A stretch of 64,000 bases of DNA from the NCBI GenBank assembly GCA_964623085.1, contig CAZUTO010000001.1, positions 66,243 through 130,242 of the forward strand. The letters are read 5' to 3'. Positions within the stretch are counted from its first letter, which is position 1; each line of letters opens with the position of its first letter. This document shows, piece after piece, positions 26,369 to 40,063 of the stretch. A program made the position numbers and the translations under genes. The notes under the pieces were generated by a model. It searched no databases, was not told the origin of the DNA, and saw nothing but the letters and a program-made list of their open reading frames with translations. Origin of the DNA: an uncultured Porticoccaceae bacterium. GTDB lineage: Bacteria > Pseudomonadota > Gammaproteobacteria > Pseudomonadales > GM7GCV1.

Positions 26369-27067
26369 CTAAAACTCTAGCGTTTCCCATTTTTCCGGCC
26401 ATATTAACGTATCTGTTCTGGCCGAGCTCATTATGTCTTCGTACTCCGCTCTGGAAATGTCTGTGACCCCAAGTGTCGCCAAAAAATCATTGGGAATTTG
26501 GCAGTCAATTAGCTTGTAGCCGCAACCAAAGAGATGCATTGCGGTCTGATAAAAAGCAAACTTGGCGGCATTGTCTGTGCGATTAAACATCGATTCGCCA
26601 CAAAATACTGAGCCTATTTTAAGTCCATATAGACCGCCGACCAATTCCTCTCCATCCCAAATTTCGACCGACTGTGCAATTCCTTTGCTATGGAGAGCTT
26701 GGTATGCCGAAATCATATCGTCTGTAATCCATGTTCCCGTTTCTTTGCGCTGCTGAGCACAGGCGCTAATAACGTCGCCGAATACTTGATTGCTCGAAGT
26801 AGAGTAGCCAAGTTTACGCAGTTGCTTACGACTACCCCTGTTGATGCTTAAATGTTCAGGAAACAGCACAGCTCGTATACTTGGTGCCCACCAAAGAATG
26901 GGTTCGCCTTCGGAAAACCAAGGAAAGATGCCTTTCGAATAAGCATTATGCAACGTGTCCGTATGCAAATTACCGCCCGCGGCCAATAAACCGTCGGGAT
27001 TACTGAGCGCCTTGGAGGTGTCAGGAAATATGGGAGATAGAGGGTCCAACCAGAGTAGTTCGCTCAA
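26369..27067 (-). CDS. aat: Leucyl/phenylalanyl-tRNA-protein transferase
   Basis: 232 aa, with GLLAAGGNL, GIFPWF and CGESMF motifs. Confidence 0.93.
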   Translation of the reverse strand: MSELLWLDPLSPIFPDTSKALSNPDGLLAAGGNLHTDTLHNAYSKGIFPWFSEGEPILWWAPSIRAVLFPEHLSINRGSRKQLRKLGYSTSSNQVFGDVISACAQQRKETGTWITDDMISAYQALHSKGIAQSVEIWDGEELVGGLYGLKIGSVFCGESMFNRTDNAAKFAFYQTAMHLFGCGYKLIDCQIPNDFLATLGVTDISRAEYEDIMSSARTDTLIWPEKWETLEF

Positions 27068-27098
27068 TGCTGGAACCCCTTATGTGTGCAACTAGCTT

Positions 27099-28055
<957 letters not shown>

Positions 28056-28239
28056 TTATCGTTAAGCAAAAAGCTGGTAATCATAGAGAAACTAGCCTAC
28101 TTGTGACAATACATTGATGTAATTATCCTTGCTCAGAAGAGAATTTCGGTTGTTAGCGATGATTTTCTTTTTGGTGTGGAGAAAAAACTAGGTTTCGGCG
28201 CTAGAATGTGCGCCAACGTTCTCAATCCGGAAGGTACTC

Positions 28240-30597
28240 TTGGCACAAGCCCAGAAAAACAATACAGCTCCCGTTCCAAGTATTAGAACATCTCGTTTGA
28301 TACGAGAAGGCGCACTTATTTTTGGCGGGGCGCTTTCATTGTTTCTATTGTTAACGTTAGTGACCTATGACCTAGGAGATAGAGGTTGGTCTACCACTGG
28401 TTCAAATGCTGAAATAGCGAATGCGATGGGCCCAACGGGTGCCTGGATTGCCGATATCTTTTTTTATATTTTTGGTAGTTTTGCTTTTTTGTTTCCGCTG
28501 TTAGTTGCATACAGGGTCGTAAAGGTTTTTCGAGATCAGCGCCTTCATGTCGATACCGGTAATTGGAATCTCTTCTTACTGCGTTTGGTGGGCTTTGGGT
28601 TGTTTATGGCAGCTGGTTCGGCCTTGCTGTTCGTTCACTCCAATGGTATCAGCGAACTTCCTCAGGGTAGGGGAGGCGTGCTTGGTGAGTTGATAGGCGC
28701 AGCAGTTAGTCAAGCTTTGGGGAAGGTGGGCGCTAATCTATTGCTGATTGCATGCAGTTTATTTGGGGTGACGGTATTTACAGATCTGTCTTGGCTGTGG
28801 TTGTTCGATGTCACAGGTGGCGCTGTAATACGACTCTACAACCGCATTGCGCGCTTTTTTTCAGAACGTGCCGTAGAGAGAGCGGCCAAAAAACAAACCC
28901 AGAGTGTGGTTCAAAAACGGGAAAGGGCTGTCAGTGAAGAAAAAGTGAGGCGAAAGCGGAAGCAACCCGTGGCCATTAAAACGGTTGCACCTAAAGTAGA
29001 ACAAAGTGCTCGAGTTGAGAAGGAACGACAGGCGCCGCTTTTCGACGATCCTGAAATGCGTAATAGGCTCCCTGCGATTAGTTTGCTAGAGCCGGCGGAA
29101 GACAACACTGATATTGGCTACTCTGAGGAGTCACTAGAGGCGATGTCGCGCTTGCTCGAATTGAAGCTTAAAGATTTTGGTGTGATTGCGGAGGTTGTCG
29201 CGATTATGCCAGGGCCGGTCGTAACGCGTTTCGAGATCCAGCCAGCGGCGGGCGTTAAAGCCTCCAAGATTACGGGCCTTGCCCAAGATTTGGCGCGATC
29301 TCTCGCCGTAATTAGTGTCCGTGTTGTGGAAGTGATAGCCGGTAAATCGGTTATTGGTATCGAGATTCCTAACGAAACGCGAGAAATGGTTCGCCTGAGC
29401 CAGGTGATTGCCTCCAAAGCCTATGAAGAATCCAAATCAGGATTAACCATTGCGTTGGGTCATGATATCTCTGGGCAGCCTGTCATCGCCGATCTTGCCC
29501 GTATGCCTCATCTTCTGGTGGCGGGTACGACTGGGTCTGGTAAATCAGTTGCGGTCAACGTGATGCTGCTCAGTTTGCTTTATAAAGCGAGCCCTAAAGA
29601 CGTGCGCTTGTTGCTGGTCGACCCGAAAATGCTTGAGCTCGCAGTTTATGAGGGCATTCCGCATTTGCTTACACCAGTTATCACCGATATGAAAGATGCC
29701 GCGAATGGATTGCGCTGGTGTGTAGGAGAAATGGAGCGACGTTACAAGCTCATGGCCAAATTAGGCGTGAGAAACCTTGCCGGATATAACCGCAAGGTGA
29801 GCGATGCAATAGAAGCAGGCGAACCTATTTCGGATCCGTTATGGCAACCAGATGGTATCGACGAGATGATCTACGGTTCAGACGAGAGTCAAGGTGAGCC
29901 GCCTTTGTTAGAGCCTCTTCCTTATATTGTCGTGGTGATCGACGAATTTGCAGACATGATGATGATTGTCGGCAAAAAAGTGGAACAACTAATTGCGCGG
30001 ATTGCTCAGAAGGCGAGGGCCGCTGGTATTCATCTCGTTTTAGCGACGCAGCGACCCTCCGTTGACGTCATTACTGGTCTCATTAAAGCAAACATTCCGA
30101 CGCGGATGGCTTTTCAGGTGTCATCGCGTATTGATTCTCGAACCATTCTTGATCAGGGTGGTGCAGAGCAATTGTTGGGGCATGGAGATATGCTGTTTTT
30201 GCCATCGGGAACGAGTGTGCCTATTCGTGTTCATGGTGCATTTGTTGACGATCATGAAGTTCACAAAGTTGTAGAAGACTGGGCAAGTCGTGGTGGGGAA
30301 CCAGACTATATCGATGGATTAACTGAAGAGGCAACAAGTGCCAATGTGCCAGTACCTGGATACACAAGTGATAATGAATCCGGTGGTAACGATGAACAAG
30401 ATGCCTTATACGACGAAGCGGTGGCCTTCGTTACAGAATCACGCAAGGCCTCAATTTCTTCGGTGCAACGTAAGCTCCGAATTGGTTACAACCGCGCGGC
30501 GAGATTAGTCGAAACCATGGAGGTAGCGGGTATAGTGACAGAGATGCAGTCGAACGGTAATCGTGAGGTGATTGCGCCTCCGCCACCGCGAAATTAA
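28240..30597 (+). CDS. ftsK: DNA translocase FtsK
   Basis: N-terminal transmembrane domain, linker, motor domain (GTTGSGKS) and a C-terminal gamma/winged-helix domain. TTG start with GGAAGG 10 nt upstream. Confidence 0.95.
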   Translation: MAQAQKNNTAPVPSIRTSRLIREGALIFGGALSLFLLLTLVTYDLGDRGWSTTGSNAEIANAMGPTGAWIADIFFYIFGSFAFLFPLLVAYRVVKVFRDQRLHVDTGNWNLFLLRLVGFGLFMAAGSALLFVHSNGISELPQGRGGVLGELIGAAVSQALGKVGANLLLIACSLFGVTVFTDLSWLWLFDVTGGAVIRLYNRIARFFSERAVERAAKKQTQSVVQKRERAVSEEKVRRKRKQPVAIKTVAPKVEQSARVEKERQAPLFDDPEMRNRLPAISLLEPAEDNTDIGYSEESLEAMSRLLELKLKDFGVIAEVVAIMPGPVVTRFEIQPAAGVKASKITGLAQDLARSLAVISVRVVEVIAGKSVIGIEIPNETREMVRLSQVIASKAYEESKSGLTIALGHDISGQPVIADLARMPHLLVAGTTGSGKSVAVNVMLLSLLYKASPKDVRLLLVDPKMLELAVYEGIPHLLTPVITDMKDAANGLRWCVGEMERRYKLMAKLGVRNLAGYNRKVSDAIEAGEPISDPLWQPDGIDEMIYGSDESQGEPPLLEPLPYIVVVIDEFADMMMIVGKKVEQLIARIAQKARAAGIHLVLATQRPSVDVITGLIKANIPTRMAFQVSSRIDSRTILDQGGAEQLLGHGDMLFLPSGTSVPIRVHGAFVDDHEVHKVVEDWASRGGEPDYIDGLTEEATSANVPVPGYTSDNESGGNDEQDALYDEAVAFVTESRKASISSVQRKLRIGYNRAARLVETMEVAGIVTEMQSNGNREVIAPPPPRN

Positions 30598-30616
30598 TGT
30601 TTTTGGAAGAAAGGCT

Positions 30617-31225
30617 ATGAAACAGATCATCTTAATCGCCGCTATGTTTATTGCGATGTTAGTCATCGCGGTAGAGGAGCAAACACCCGCAGCTGAGCTG
30701 CAACTTAAGATGGCTGAGCTAACGACATTTTCGGCAAGTTTTACTCAGACCACCTCGGATACAGATGGTTTTTTACTAGACGAATTACAGGGAAAGTTAT
30801 TTTTTAGTCGCCCCAATCATTTACGTTGGGAAGCGTCGGCGCCTTATTCCCAGACGATGGTTGCGGATGGGGAGACTATTTATTTGTACGACCCTGATCT
30901 CGCGCAGGTGACTGTTCGCCCTTGGAGCAACGACCCGTCGGAAAACCCGGCGGTCATCTTTCTCTCTGGCACAGATCTTTCGAACGACTTTGTTGTTTCC
31001 TTTGAAGGAGACATTTATACGTTGATGCCTCGTGCCGAAAGCTCAACTATTTTTAGTTTGTCGGTGTCGCTTGATGAAGGCGTGCCCTCCGCGATGATTA
31101 TCGATGATGCCTTAGGACAAAAAACGAAGATTGAATTTAATGATGCCAAAGTAGGAGAGGAATTAGATCAATCGATGTTCCAGTTCGATATACCAGAAGG
31201 AATAGATGTCATTACCGATGGATGA
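30617..31225 (+). CDS. lolA: Outer-membrane lipoprotein carrier protein LolA
   Basis: Signal peptide MKQIILIAAMFIAMLVIA and a LolA-like body, with conserved ftsK-lolA-rarA synteny. The track start at 30572 overlaps ftsK and is rejected. Confidence 0.9.
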   Translation: MKQIILIAAMFIAMLVIAVEEQTPAAELQLKMAELTTFSASFTQTTSDTDGFLLDELQGKLFFSRPNHLRWEASAPYSQTMVADGETIYLYDPDLAQVTVRPWSNDPSENPAVIFLSGTDLSNDFVVSFEGDIYTLMPRAESSTIFSLSVSLDEGVPSAMIIDDALGQKTKIEFNDAKVGEELDQSMFQFDIPEGIDVITDG

Positions 31226-32587
31226 CCTACTAAGTAATATTGATGGTGCACGCTATCGGCCATTGGCAGATCTTCTGCGGCCGCAAGATTTGGATGGTTA
31301 TATTGGTCAGGAACATATTCTCGGGCCAGACAAGCCACTAAGGCGAGCGCTAGAGGCGGGTTCTCTGCATTCGATGATTCTTTGGGGGCCGCCAGGTGTC
31401 GGGAAAACCACACTTGCACGCGTCATTTCCTCCGTCACCGATTCCGAATTTTTTACTATTTCAGCCGTGATGTCTGGCGTCAAAGAAATACGGGCGACAG
31501 TAGAGCAAGCCAAACAGATTAAACAACAGTCGGGTCGCCAGTCAGTGCTTTTTGTCGATGAGGTTCATCGTTTCAATAAGGCGCAGCAAGACGGGTTTTT
31601 GCCGCATATTGAAGACGGTACGCTGTTATTTATCGGTGCGACGACTGAGAACCCGTCGTTTGAACTCAATAACGCGCTGCTTTCACGTGCTAAGGTCTAT
31701 GTGCTTAAGCCTCTAGAGAGAAAGGCGTTGCGATCGATACTCGAGATTGCTGTCGAAAGATTAGATGGCCTTCAGCTCAAAGAGGGGCAAATTGATCGTA
31801 TCGTCGCGGCTTCGGATGGTGATGCTCGTCGTTTGTTAAACGTTTTAGAAATGGCAAAGGATCTAGTGGATCATGCGAACGCGATTCAAGACTCTGACCT
31901 GAATCAGCTGCTTTCCGACGGTAGTCGATTTGATAAAGGCGGCGATATTTTCTATGACCAGATTTCTGCGTTGCATAAATCGGTTCGAGGCTCTGACCCT
32001 GACGCGACACTTTATTGGTTTGCGCGAATGATTCAAGGCGGGTGCGATCCTCGTTATGTTGCGCGCCGAATTCAGCGCATGGCATCTGAAGATATCGGTA
32101 ATGCTGATCCGCGCGCGATGGAAATCTGTTTGAATGCTTGGCAAACCTATGAACGCTTAGGCAGCCCCGAGGGCGAACTTGCGCTCGCTCAGGCTGTTGT
32201 TTATCTCGCTTGTGCACCGAAAAGTAACGCGGTCTATGCCGCTTTTTCGGCTGCAATGGCCGATGCTAAATCCGACCCAAGTTACGAGGTGCCGACGCAT
32301 CTCCGCAATGCACCTACAGCGTTGATGAAAGAACTCGGTCATGGCGAAGGTTATCGCTATGCACATAGTGAGCAAGATCACTATGCGGCTGGGGAAACCT
32401 ATTTTCCTGATGAGATCGCGGAAAGGCAGTATTACTTTCCTGTGGACCAAGGCCTAGAGTCAAAAATTCGCCAGAAACTTGAGTACTTGAAAAGTTTGGA
32501 TGCTCAGCCCCAAGCCGCGGGAGTTAACGAGACAAAAGAATCTCCAAGCATTCAGTGCACCAATACGAAACAGACGGTCGCTCGTTG

Positions 32588-32588
<1 letters not shown>
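31206..32588 (+). CDS. rarA: Replication-associated recombination protein A (MgsA)
   Basis: AAA+ Walker A GPPGVGKTT, and aligns with E. coli RarA. Confidence 0.93.
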
Positions 32589-34263
<1,675 letters not shown>

Positions 34264-34283
34264 TTCAAGGCCGACGTAGATAG

Positions 34284-35687
34284 ATGGAAACCTTTCCGTT
34301 TTTTGTAAAAATTGATGAGAAGCCTTGTTTGGTCGTCGGTGGTGGTGAAATCGCGCGGCATAAAGCGACCATGCTTCTGAAAGCGAATGCCCATATACGA
34401 CTCGTTGCGCCGCAATTGCACCCAAGTACTCGAACACTGATTGATAAAGAACCTAGACTATCCTACGTTGATCGCGAATTTCATCCATCTGACTTAGACG
34501 ATGTAGGACTCGTTATCGCAGCGACAGACGCTAGAGAAGTTAATGCTCGCGTGGCTGAACTCGCTAAAGCCAAAAATGTGTGGGTCAACGCCGTGGATAT
34601 GCCGGATTTAGGTAACCTCATATTTCCGTCTATCGTTGATCGCAGCCCAATGATTATCGCGGTGGGTAGTGGTGGTCGATCCCCCGTTCTTGTTAGGTTG
34701 CTTCGTGCTCGATTGGAAACACTTATTCCGGCCGCCTATGGAAATTTGTCGCAGTTGGTCGGTGAGCTAAAAGATAGAGCCAAACAGGTCTTTCCAGCCG
34801 TCGATACGCGTCGGCGTTTTTGGGATTTTCACCTCCAAGGTGCAGCAGGTACAGCGGCGTTAGAAGGTGATATTGACCACGCTAAAACGCTGCTAGAAGA
34901 AGGGCTGGAGAAAGGATTAGAAGAGCACGATGAGGGCTTTCAGGGTGGAGAGGTTTATCTAGTCGGCGCAGGCCCTAGCGATCCTGATTTGCTGACTTTC
35001 AAAGCATTGCGCCTAATGCAGCAAGCTGATGTTGTTATGTACGACCGCTTAGTCTCAAAGCCAGTGTTAGAGCTGGTGCGGCGAGAGGCAGAGCGTATAT
35101 ACGTAGGCAAAGAACGAAACCCGTACAGCATCACTCAAGACAACATTAATGAAAAGCTCGCCGAATATGCGGAGAAGGGCTTGCGCGTTCTGAGGCTAAA
35201 GGGTGGTGATCCTTTTATTTTTGGCCGAGGAGGCGAAGAGTTAGAATACTTGGCTGAGAGAGGTATTCCGTTTCAGGTTGTGCCGGGAATCACTGCGGCT
35301 TCAGGCTGTTCTTCCTATGCGGGCATTCCGCTTACTCATCGTGATCACGTGCAGTCGGTTAGATTTATTACGGCGCATCGTAAAGGCGGCGAATACAATC
35401 TTAACTGGGCCGAGTTTGTCACGGAGAACCAAACACTGGTATTTTATATGGGGCTGGCAGGCCTAGAAGAAATTAGCGAAAAGTTGATGGAATACGGCCT
35501 AGATGGCTCGACACCAGCGGCTTTGATTGAAAAAGGGACATCACCTAAACAGCGCGTGATTGTGAGTGACGTTCGGAATCTGCCAACTGAAGCAAGAAAC
35601 GCTGGCGCCGAAGCGCCCACGCTTATTATTGTGGGTACTGTTGTAGGGTTGCGAGAACGGCTTTTGCCGAAACATAAACAACATTGA
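34284..35687 (+). CDS. cysG: Siroheme synthase (multifunctional CysG)
   Basis: N-terminal Rossmann domain (VVGGGEIA) plus a C-terminal SUMT domain (GAGPSDPDLLT, GGDPFIFGRG). Confidence 0.92.
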   Translation: METFPFFVKIDEKPCLVVGGGEIARHKATMLLKANAHIRLVAPQLHPSTRTLIDKEPRLSYVDREFHPSDLDDVGLVIAATDAREVNARVAELAKAKNVWVNAVDMPDLGNLIFPSIVDRSPMIIAVGSGGRSPVLVRLLRARLETLIPAAYGNLSQLVGELKDRAKQVFPAVDTRRRFWDFHLQGAAGTAALEGDIDHAKTLLEEGLEKGLEEHDEGFQGGEVYLVGAGPSDPDLLTFKALRLMQQADVVMYDRLVSKPVLELVRREAERIYVGKERNPYSITQDNINEKLAEYAEKGLRVLRLKGGDPFIFGRGGEELEYLAERGIPFQVVPGITAASGCSSYAGIPLTHRDHVQSVRFITAHRKGGEYNLNWAEFVTENQTLVFYMGLAGLEEISEKLMEYGLDGSTPAALIEKGTSPKQRVIVSDVRNLPTEARNAGAEAPTLIIVGTVVGLRERLLPKHKQH

Positions 35688-35756
35688 GTATTCATTAGTT
35701 GATAGGGTTAGCCCCTGTTTGATCTCAATGTAAATTTCTAGGAGTGTCTAAGAATC

Positions 35757-37112
35757 ATGTCCAATGAATTTGATTACGACCTTTTTGTTATCGGAGGTGG
35801 CTCAGGTGGTGTGCGCGCAGCCCGAATGATGGCAGCAAAAGGAAATCGAGTGGCAATTGCAGAAGATACTCACTGGGGCGGCACATGCGTCAATGTTGGC
35901 TGCGTGCCCAAAAAATTACTCGTGTACGCATCGCATTATTCCCATGATTTCAAGGATGCGGAGTCTTATGGTTGGGATTTAGGTTCATCGGCTTTCAATT
36001 GGTCTCGACTCATTGAAAATAAAGACCGTGAAATTGAACGGCTTAACGGTATTTATACCAACTTACTTAAAAATGCAGGGGCTGACTTATTTAATGGTCG
36101 CGCCACGATTACCGCTCCTAATACACTGAGTGTTGATGGCACCACCTATACTGCAGAGCGAATCATTATCGCGGTAGGAGGAGAGCCCTTTATTCCAGAG
36201 ATTGAAGGTGCTGAGCATGCTATTGATTCTAATGGCGCCTTTTTTCTAGAAGAATTACCAGAGCGAATTTCGATTGTAGGTGGCGGGTATATTGCGTGTG
36301 AATTTGCGTGTATTTTCAAAGGATTAGGATCAAAAGTTGATCTAATATATAGAGGTGATGAAATACTGCGAGGCTTTGAAGACGATCTTCGAGGCCTTGT
36401 GCACGAGGAAATGACGAAACAGGGTATCAATGTTCGAGTGAATGAAGATGTCGCTTCAATTGCTAATAACGCTGGCACCAAGACGGTTCATTTAAAATCG
36501 GGTCAGGACATCTCTGCAGACCAAGTATTTTATGCAACGGGTCGTGTGCCTCGCATTCAGGATCTTTGGGCTTCTAGTTTGGATATTGCAACCAATCGAC
36601 GTGGCGAAATTGAAGTAGATAAGAACTTTCAGTCAACCGTTTCAGGTATCTACGCACTTGGTGATGTGGTTGGCCGTATGGCTCTAACACCCGTCGCCAC
36701 CGCTGAAGCTATGGCATTGCTCCAACACTTTGAAACCGGTGCAGATGTGGATCTCGATTACGACAATATCCCCTCTGCCGTGTTCACCAGTCCAAACCTC
36801 GCGACAGTCGGTTTGACTGAAGCGCAGGCGCAAGAGAAGGCGATCACCTATCAGGTTTATGAAACCAATTTTCGACACCTCAAACATACCCTAACGGGTA
36901 GAGACGAGCGTGTGTATATGAAGTTAATCGTTGATCAATCCAATGATCGAGTCGTCGGTGCTCATATGATGGGGCCGGATGCAGGGGAGATCATCCAGTC
37001 TGTCGCTGTCGCAATCAAAGCGGGGGCAACCAAGTCGGTGTTTGATCAAACCATTGGCATTCATCCAACGATGGCGGAGGAGCTGGTTACCTTGCGGGCG
37101 GCGCGTGACTAA
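35757..37112 (+). CDS. gor: Glutathione-disulfide reductase
   Basis: GGGSGG FAD motif, redox-active GGTCVNVGCVPKK, C-terminal HPT..EE dimer-interface motif. Confidence 0.92.
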   Translation: MSNEFDYDLFVIGGGSGGVRAARMMAAKGNRVAIAEDTHWGGTCVNVGCVPKKLLVYASHYSHDFKDAESYGWDLGSSAFNWSRLIENKDREIERLNGIYTNLLKNAGADLFNGRATITAPNTLSVDGTTYTAERIIIAVGGEPFIPEIEGAEHAIDSNGAFFLEELPERISIVGGGYIACEFACIFKGLGSKVDLIYRGDEILRGFEDDLRGLVHEEMTKQGINVRVNEDVASIANNAGTKTVHLKSGQDISADQVFYATGRVPRIQDLWASSLDIATNRRGEIEVDKNFQSTVSGIYALGDVVGRMALTPVATAEAMALLQHFETGADVDLDYDNIPSAVFTSPNLATVGLTEAQAQEKAITYQVYETNFRHLKHTLTGRDERVYMKLIVDQSNDRVVGAHMMGPDAGEIIQSVAVAIKAGATKSVFDQTIGIHPTMAEELVTLRAARD

Positions 37113-37884
37113 CGTTGAAAAGAGCTCCGAAGTATCTAATGAGATCATTAGTGACGCTCTGAGAGAGCGAAGAGAAGCTGTTTTTCTGGCATTAGCCGGT
37201 GTCTTTATCTGCGCGATGACGTTACTCAACGTTATCGGCATCACTCGTTTTGTTCAGCTCGGGCCACTTTCTTTGGCGGTAGGGGTGTTACCTTATCCTT
37301 TGACCTTTCTCTGTACCGACTTGGTGTGTGAGTTATACGGTAAAAAGCGGGCAAACCTGATGGTAACGGTCGGTTTGGCACTGAATCTTTTTATATTAGG
37401 AGTGCTTTGGCTCGGCAATGCAATGCCCGCCGCCGAATCCGCTGCGCCTTGGCAGACTATTTATCTTGCACAGGATGTGCCTCTCCCAAATGGCGGTAGT
37501 TTTTCCGAGTCTGTTGAGCTATTCCAGTTGGTTTATGCGATGACAACAGGTGCTGTGTTTGCATCTATGATCGCTTACGTGGTTGCGCAGTATATTGATG
37601 TTCGGCTATTCCATTTCTTGAAAAAGCTCACCAAAGGCAAATATCTTTGGATTCGAAATAACTTTAGTACGCTGACCAGCCAGGCCGTGGATTCGATATT
37701 GGTAGTCAGTGTGACCTTTGGTGCGGCGTATTTAGACGGGGATATGGCATTACCCGTCATGTTGACGCTAATGCTGAGTAACTATGGATTTAAAGCATTT
37801 GCAGCACTATTGGATACGCCATTCTTTTATTTCTTTACGGGGTTGCTCAGAAAATACCTAAGCATGCCGGCGCAATCGCATTAA
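37105..37884 (+). CDS. yhhQ: Queuosine-precursor (preQ0/preQ1) transporter YhhQ family (DUF165)
   Basis: Membrane protein with YPLTFLCTDL and SQAVDS motifs like E. coli YhhQ. GTG at 37105 overlaps the gor stop by 8 nt. The track start at 36979 lies inside gor and is rejected. The start is uncertain. Confidence 0.78.
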   Translation: MTNVEKSSEVSNEIISDALRERREAVFLALAGVFICAMTLLNVIGITRFVQLGPLSLAVGVLPYPLTFLCTDLVCELYGKKRANLMVTVGLALNLFILGVLWLGNAMPAAESAAPWQTIYLAQDVPLPNGGSFSESVELFQLVYAMTTGAVFASMIAYVVAQYIDVRLFHFLKKLTKGKYLWIRNNFSTLTSQAVDSILVVSVTFGAAYLDGDMALPVMLTLMLSNYGFKAFAALLDTPFFYFFTGLLRKYLSMPAQSH

Positions 37885-37891
37885 GGCTTTG

Positions 37892-38767
37892 TTATTGAGG
37901 CGCTAGAGCGAGCCAGTCCAAAATAGCTTGAATTGATTCCGGCTCATCAAGTTGTGGGACATGGCCTTTCCGCGGGATTTCGACCAGTTTGCAATCAGGA
38001 TTTTTAGACAGCATTTGTTCGGCCAGCGCCTTCGGAAGTAGTTGTGATAACTCGCCTCGCAAGAGCAGCAGGGGTTTGTTTATAACGCTATAGGCCTCCC
38101 ATAGGTCTAGCTCCATACCTTCTGCGTAAGCTTCTTCCACAGGTCCTCGAATCAAAGGATCATATGCCTGTACCCAGGTGCCGTCTTCGTTTTGCGCATA
38201 GGTTCTTTTTGCAATCGCATCCCATTCGGATTCTGTGAAATCCGGAAGATCCTGATGGTGCCGGTTTTTCATGGCCGCTAGTACGGCATCCCAAGAGTCT
38301 TCTTCCATGTCTAGGCCTAGGTAAGTCAGGATATGTGCCAAACCGGGCAGGGGCACCATCGGTCCTATATCGTTGAGTAAAACACCATCAACTTGGCGTG
38401 GTTTTGCATGGTGCATTAGAATCGCCATAATCCCGCCCATCGAAGTTCCGATAATGTGGAAATTTGATACATGCATGTCATCGAGAAGTTCCCACATGTC
38501 GGCGACATAGTGCGCCGGATAATAGTGACTAGGATCAGGATCGTATTGAGATAGTCCGCGTCCGCGCAGATCTGGAACAATAAAACGCGGCCCTGCACCT
38601 GTTGCTGTCTGCCGCAGCTGTTCGATCATGGCGGTGAAGTCTTGGCCGTTGCGCGTCAGGCCATGAAGGCAAAGGACAGCGGGCGCTTTGGGATCGTTTG
38701 TGAAATAGTCTCGAACATAGATTTTTATCCCAGGCTCGACTTCGAAATATGATTCGTTGAATTGCAT
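37892..38767 (-). CDS. Alpha/beta-fold hydrolase
   Basis: 291 aa. HG oxyanion motif (LHGLTRNG), nucleophile elbow GTSMGG, C-terminal GH. Confidence 0.8.
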   Translation of the reverse strand: MQFNESYFEVEPGIKIYVRDYFTNDPKAPAVLCLHGLTRNGQDFTAMIEQLRQTATGAGPRFIVPDLRGRGLSQYDPDPSHYYPAHYVADMWELLDDMHVSNFHIIGTSMGGIMAILMHHAKPRQVDGVLLNDIGPMVPLPGLAHILTYLGLDMEEDSWDAVLAAMKNRHHQDLPDFTESEWDAIAKRTYAQNEDGTWVQAYDPLIRGPVEEAYAEGMELDLWEAYSVINKPLLLLRGELSQLLPKALAEQMLSKNPDCKLVEIPRKGHVPQLDEPESIQAILDWLALAPQ

Positions 38768-38768
38768 G

Positions 38769-39470
38769 CTAGCTTCCTCGCTGTCCCAGATTGGCGTGGA
38801 TCACTGTGCCATTAAGTACCGGGCTATTTGCGGCAAAGAAAATCGTTTCGGCAATTTCTTCCGGTGTAATTAGCCGATTGAAAGCATTCATTCCGGCGAT
38901 AGACTCTATCACGGCAGGATCATTGCCAATGTGGTCGCGAAGCATCTCTGTGTCAGTAAAGCCGGGACATATACAGGTGCAGTGAATGCCTGTACCCATC
39001 AGATCCTGACAACTTGCTCTCATCAAACCGAGGGTCGCATGTTTGCTGGTCGTGTAGCTAAGTGTATTGGCTACAGCTTGGTCGGAAAGCGTAGATCCAA
39101 TGTAATGAATTGAGGATCCAGGAACCATTTTTTCAATCAGTATTTCGTTTAGTTGTTGAGCAGCAATGACATTGGTCTGAAGCACGGTCGAGAAATCATG
39201 ACTAGCATCGGAAATACTGTCTTTGAGCAGAATGGATGCGTTGTGAACAGTGACGACTTGCTCTGGTTCTCCGAGTTGATCAAGTAACTGATTCTTGCAG
39301 CCGTCCAGCCAATTTGGCTGGCTAATGTCAGTACAAATCTGCGTGCCAATAGATGGGTCAATACTTCTTCGAGAAAGGTTGATGATGTGATAGCCATGCT
39401 CGTTAAATAGCTTCGCCGTCGACAATCCTATGCCCCGGCTTGCCCCAGTGATGACTAATGCTTTAATCAT
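38769..39470 (-). CDS. Short-chain dehydrogenase/reductase (classical SDR)
   Basis: TGASRGIG cofactor motif and YTTSK catalytic motif. 233 aa. Confidence 0.85.
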   Translation of the reverse strand: MIKALVITGASRGIGLSTAKLFNEHGYHIINLSRRSIDPSIGTQICTDISQPNWLDGCKNQLLDQLGEPEQVVTVHNASILLKDSISDASHDFSTVLQTNVIAAQQLNEILIEKMVPGSSIHYIGSTLSDQAVANTLSYTTSKHATLGLMRASCQDLMGTGIHCTCICPGFTDTEMLRDHIGNDPAVIESIAGMNAFNRLITPEEIAETIFFAANSPVLNGTVIHANLGQRGS

Positions 39471-39979
39471 TTCTCTGATGTGCTCTTTTGGCTATGCGAT
39501 GTCCACTCACAAGTACCCCATTGTCCTGCACCTGAGGATACCCGCATTTCGATTCTGCTGATGTCGTATGCTTTAATCTCTGGATCCGCCAAAAGACGAT
39601 TAAGCAGAAGCTCAGAAAATTCTTCCACCGTGGTATTGCGCACGGGCAGCAGCAGGCAGTCTGACTTATTGAAGCGCAATGTTTCGTCATTGAACCGAAC
39701 GACATGTTCGGTATCGTTTGTTTCAATATCGAGGTAGGGCGAATGCATGGGTAGTAGCATATATTCGTCAAGGTCGTCGCAAAGCACCTTGAGTTTTTGT
39801 TTCAAGTTTCCATAGTTAAAACAAAGACCGTTCTCGTTGACTGAGGATTCAATCTTTGTCGACACCGAAAAATTGTGTCCATGTAGTCGTTCTCTTTCGG
39901 TAGCAGAGAAAATCGTAAAGTGACCCGCCGAAAAATTCAGATACTCTTTGGCGATCTCAATAGTGGCGGTTCTTTTCAT
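39467..39979 (-). CDS. COG0720 (6-pyruvoyl-tetrahydropterin synthase / QueD fold) protein, non-canonical active site
   Basis: FSAGHF and RLHGHNF match the Zn-ligand positions of QueD/PTPS. The stop overlaps the SDR start (ATGA). The catalytic Cys and the Asp-His dyad are not conserved (see findings). Confidence 0.75.
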   Translation of the reverse strand: MKRTATIEIAKEYLNFSAGHFTIFSATERERLHGHNFSVSTKIESSVNENGLCFNYGNLKQKLKVLCDDLDEYMLLPMHSPYLDIETNDTEHVVRFNDETLRFNKSDCLLLPVRNTTVEEFSELLLNRLLADPEIKAYDISRIEMRVSSGAGQWGTCEWTSHSQKSTSEK

Positions 39980-40063
39980 TGAAGCTTCTTTTTCTAGATT
40001 GTGGATAAGTTTACGCAGTAGTCTTACGCCATTAAACTTTATATATTAGTTTAATATTATATT

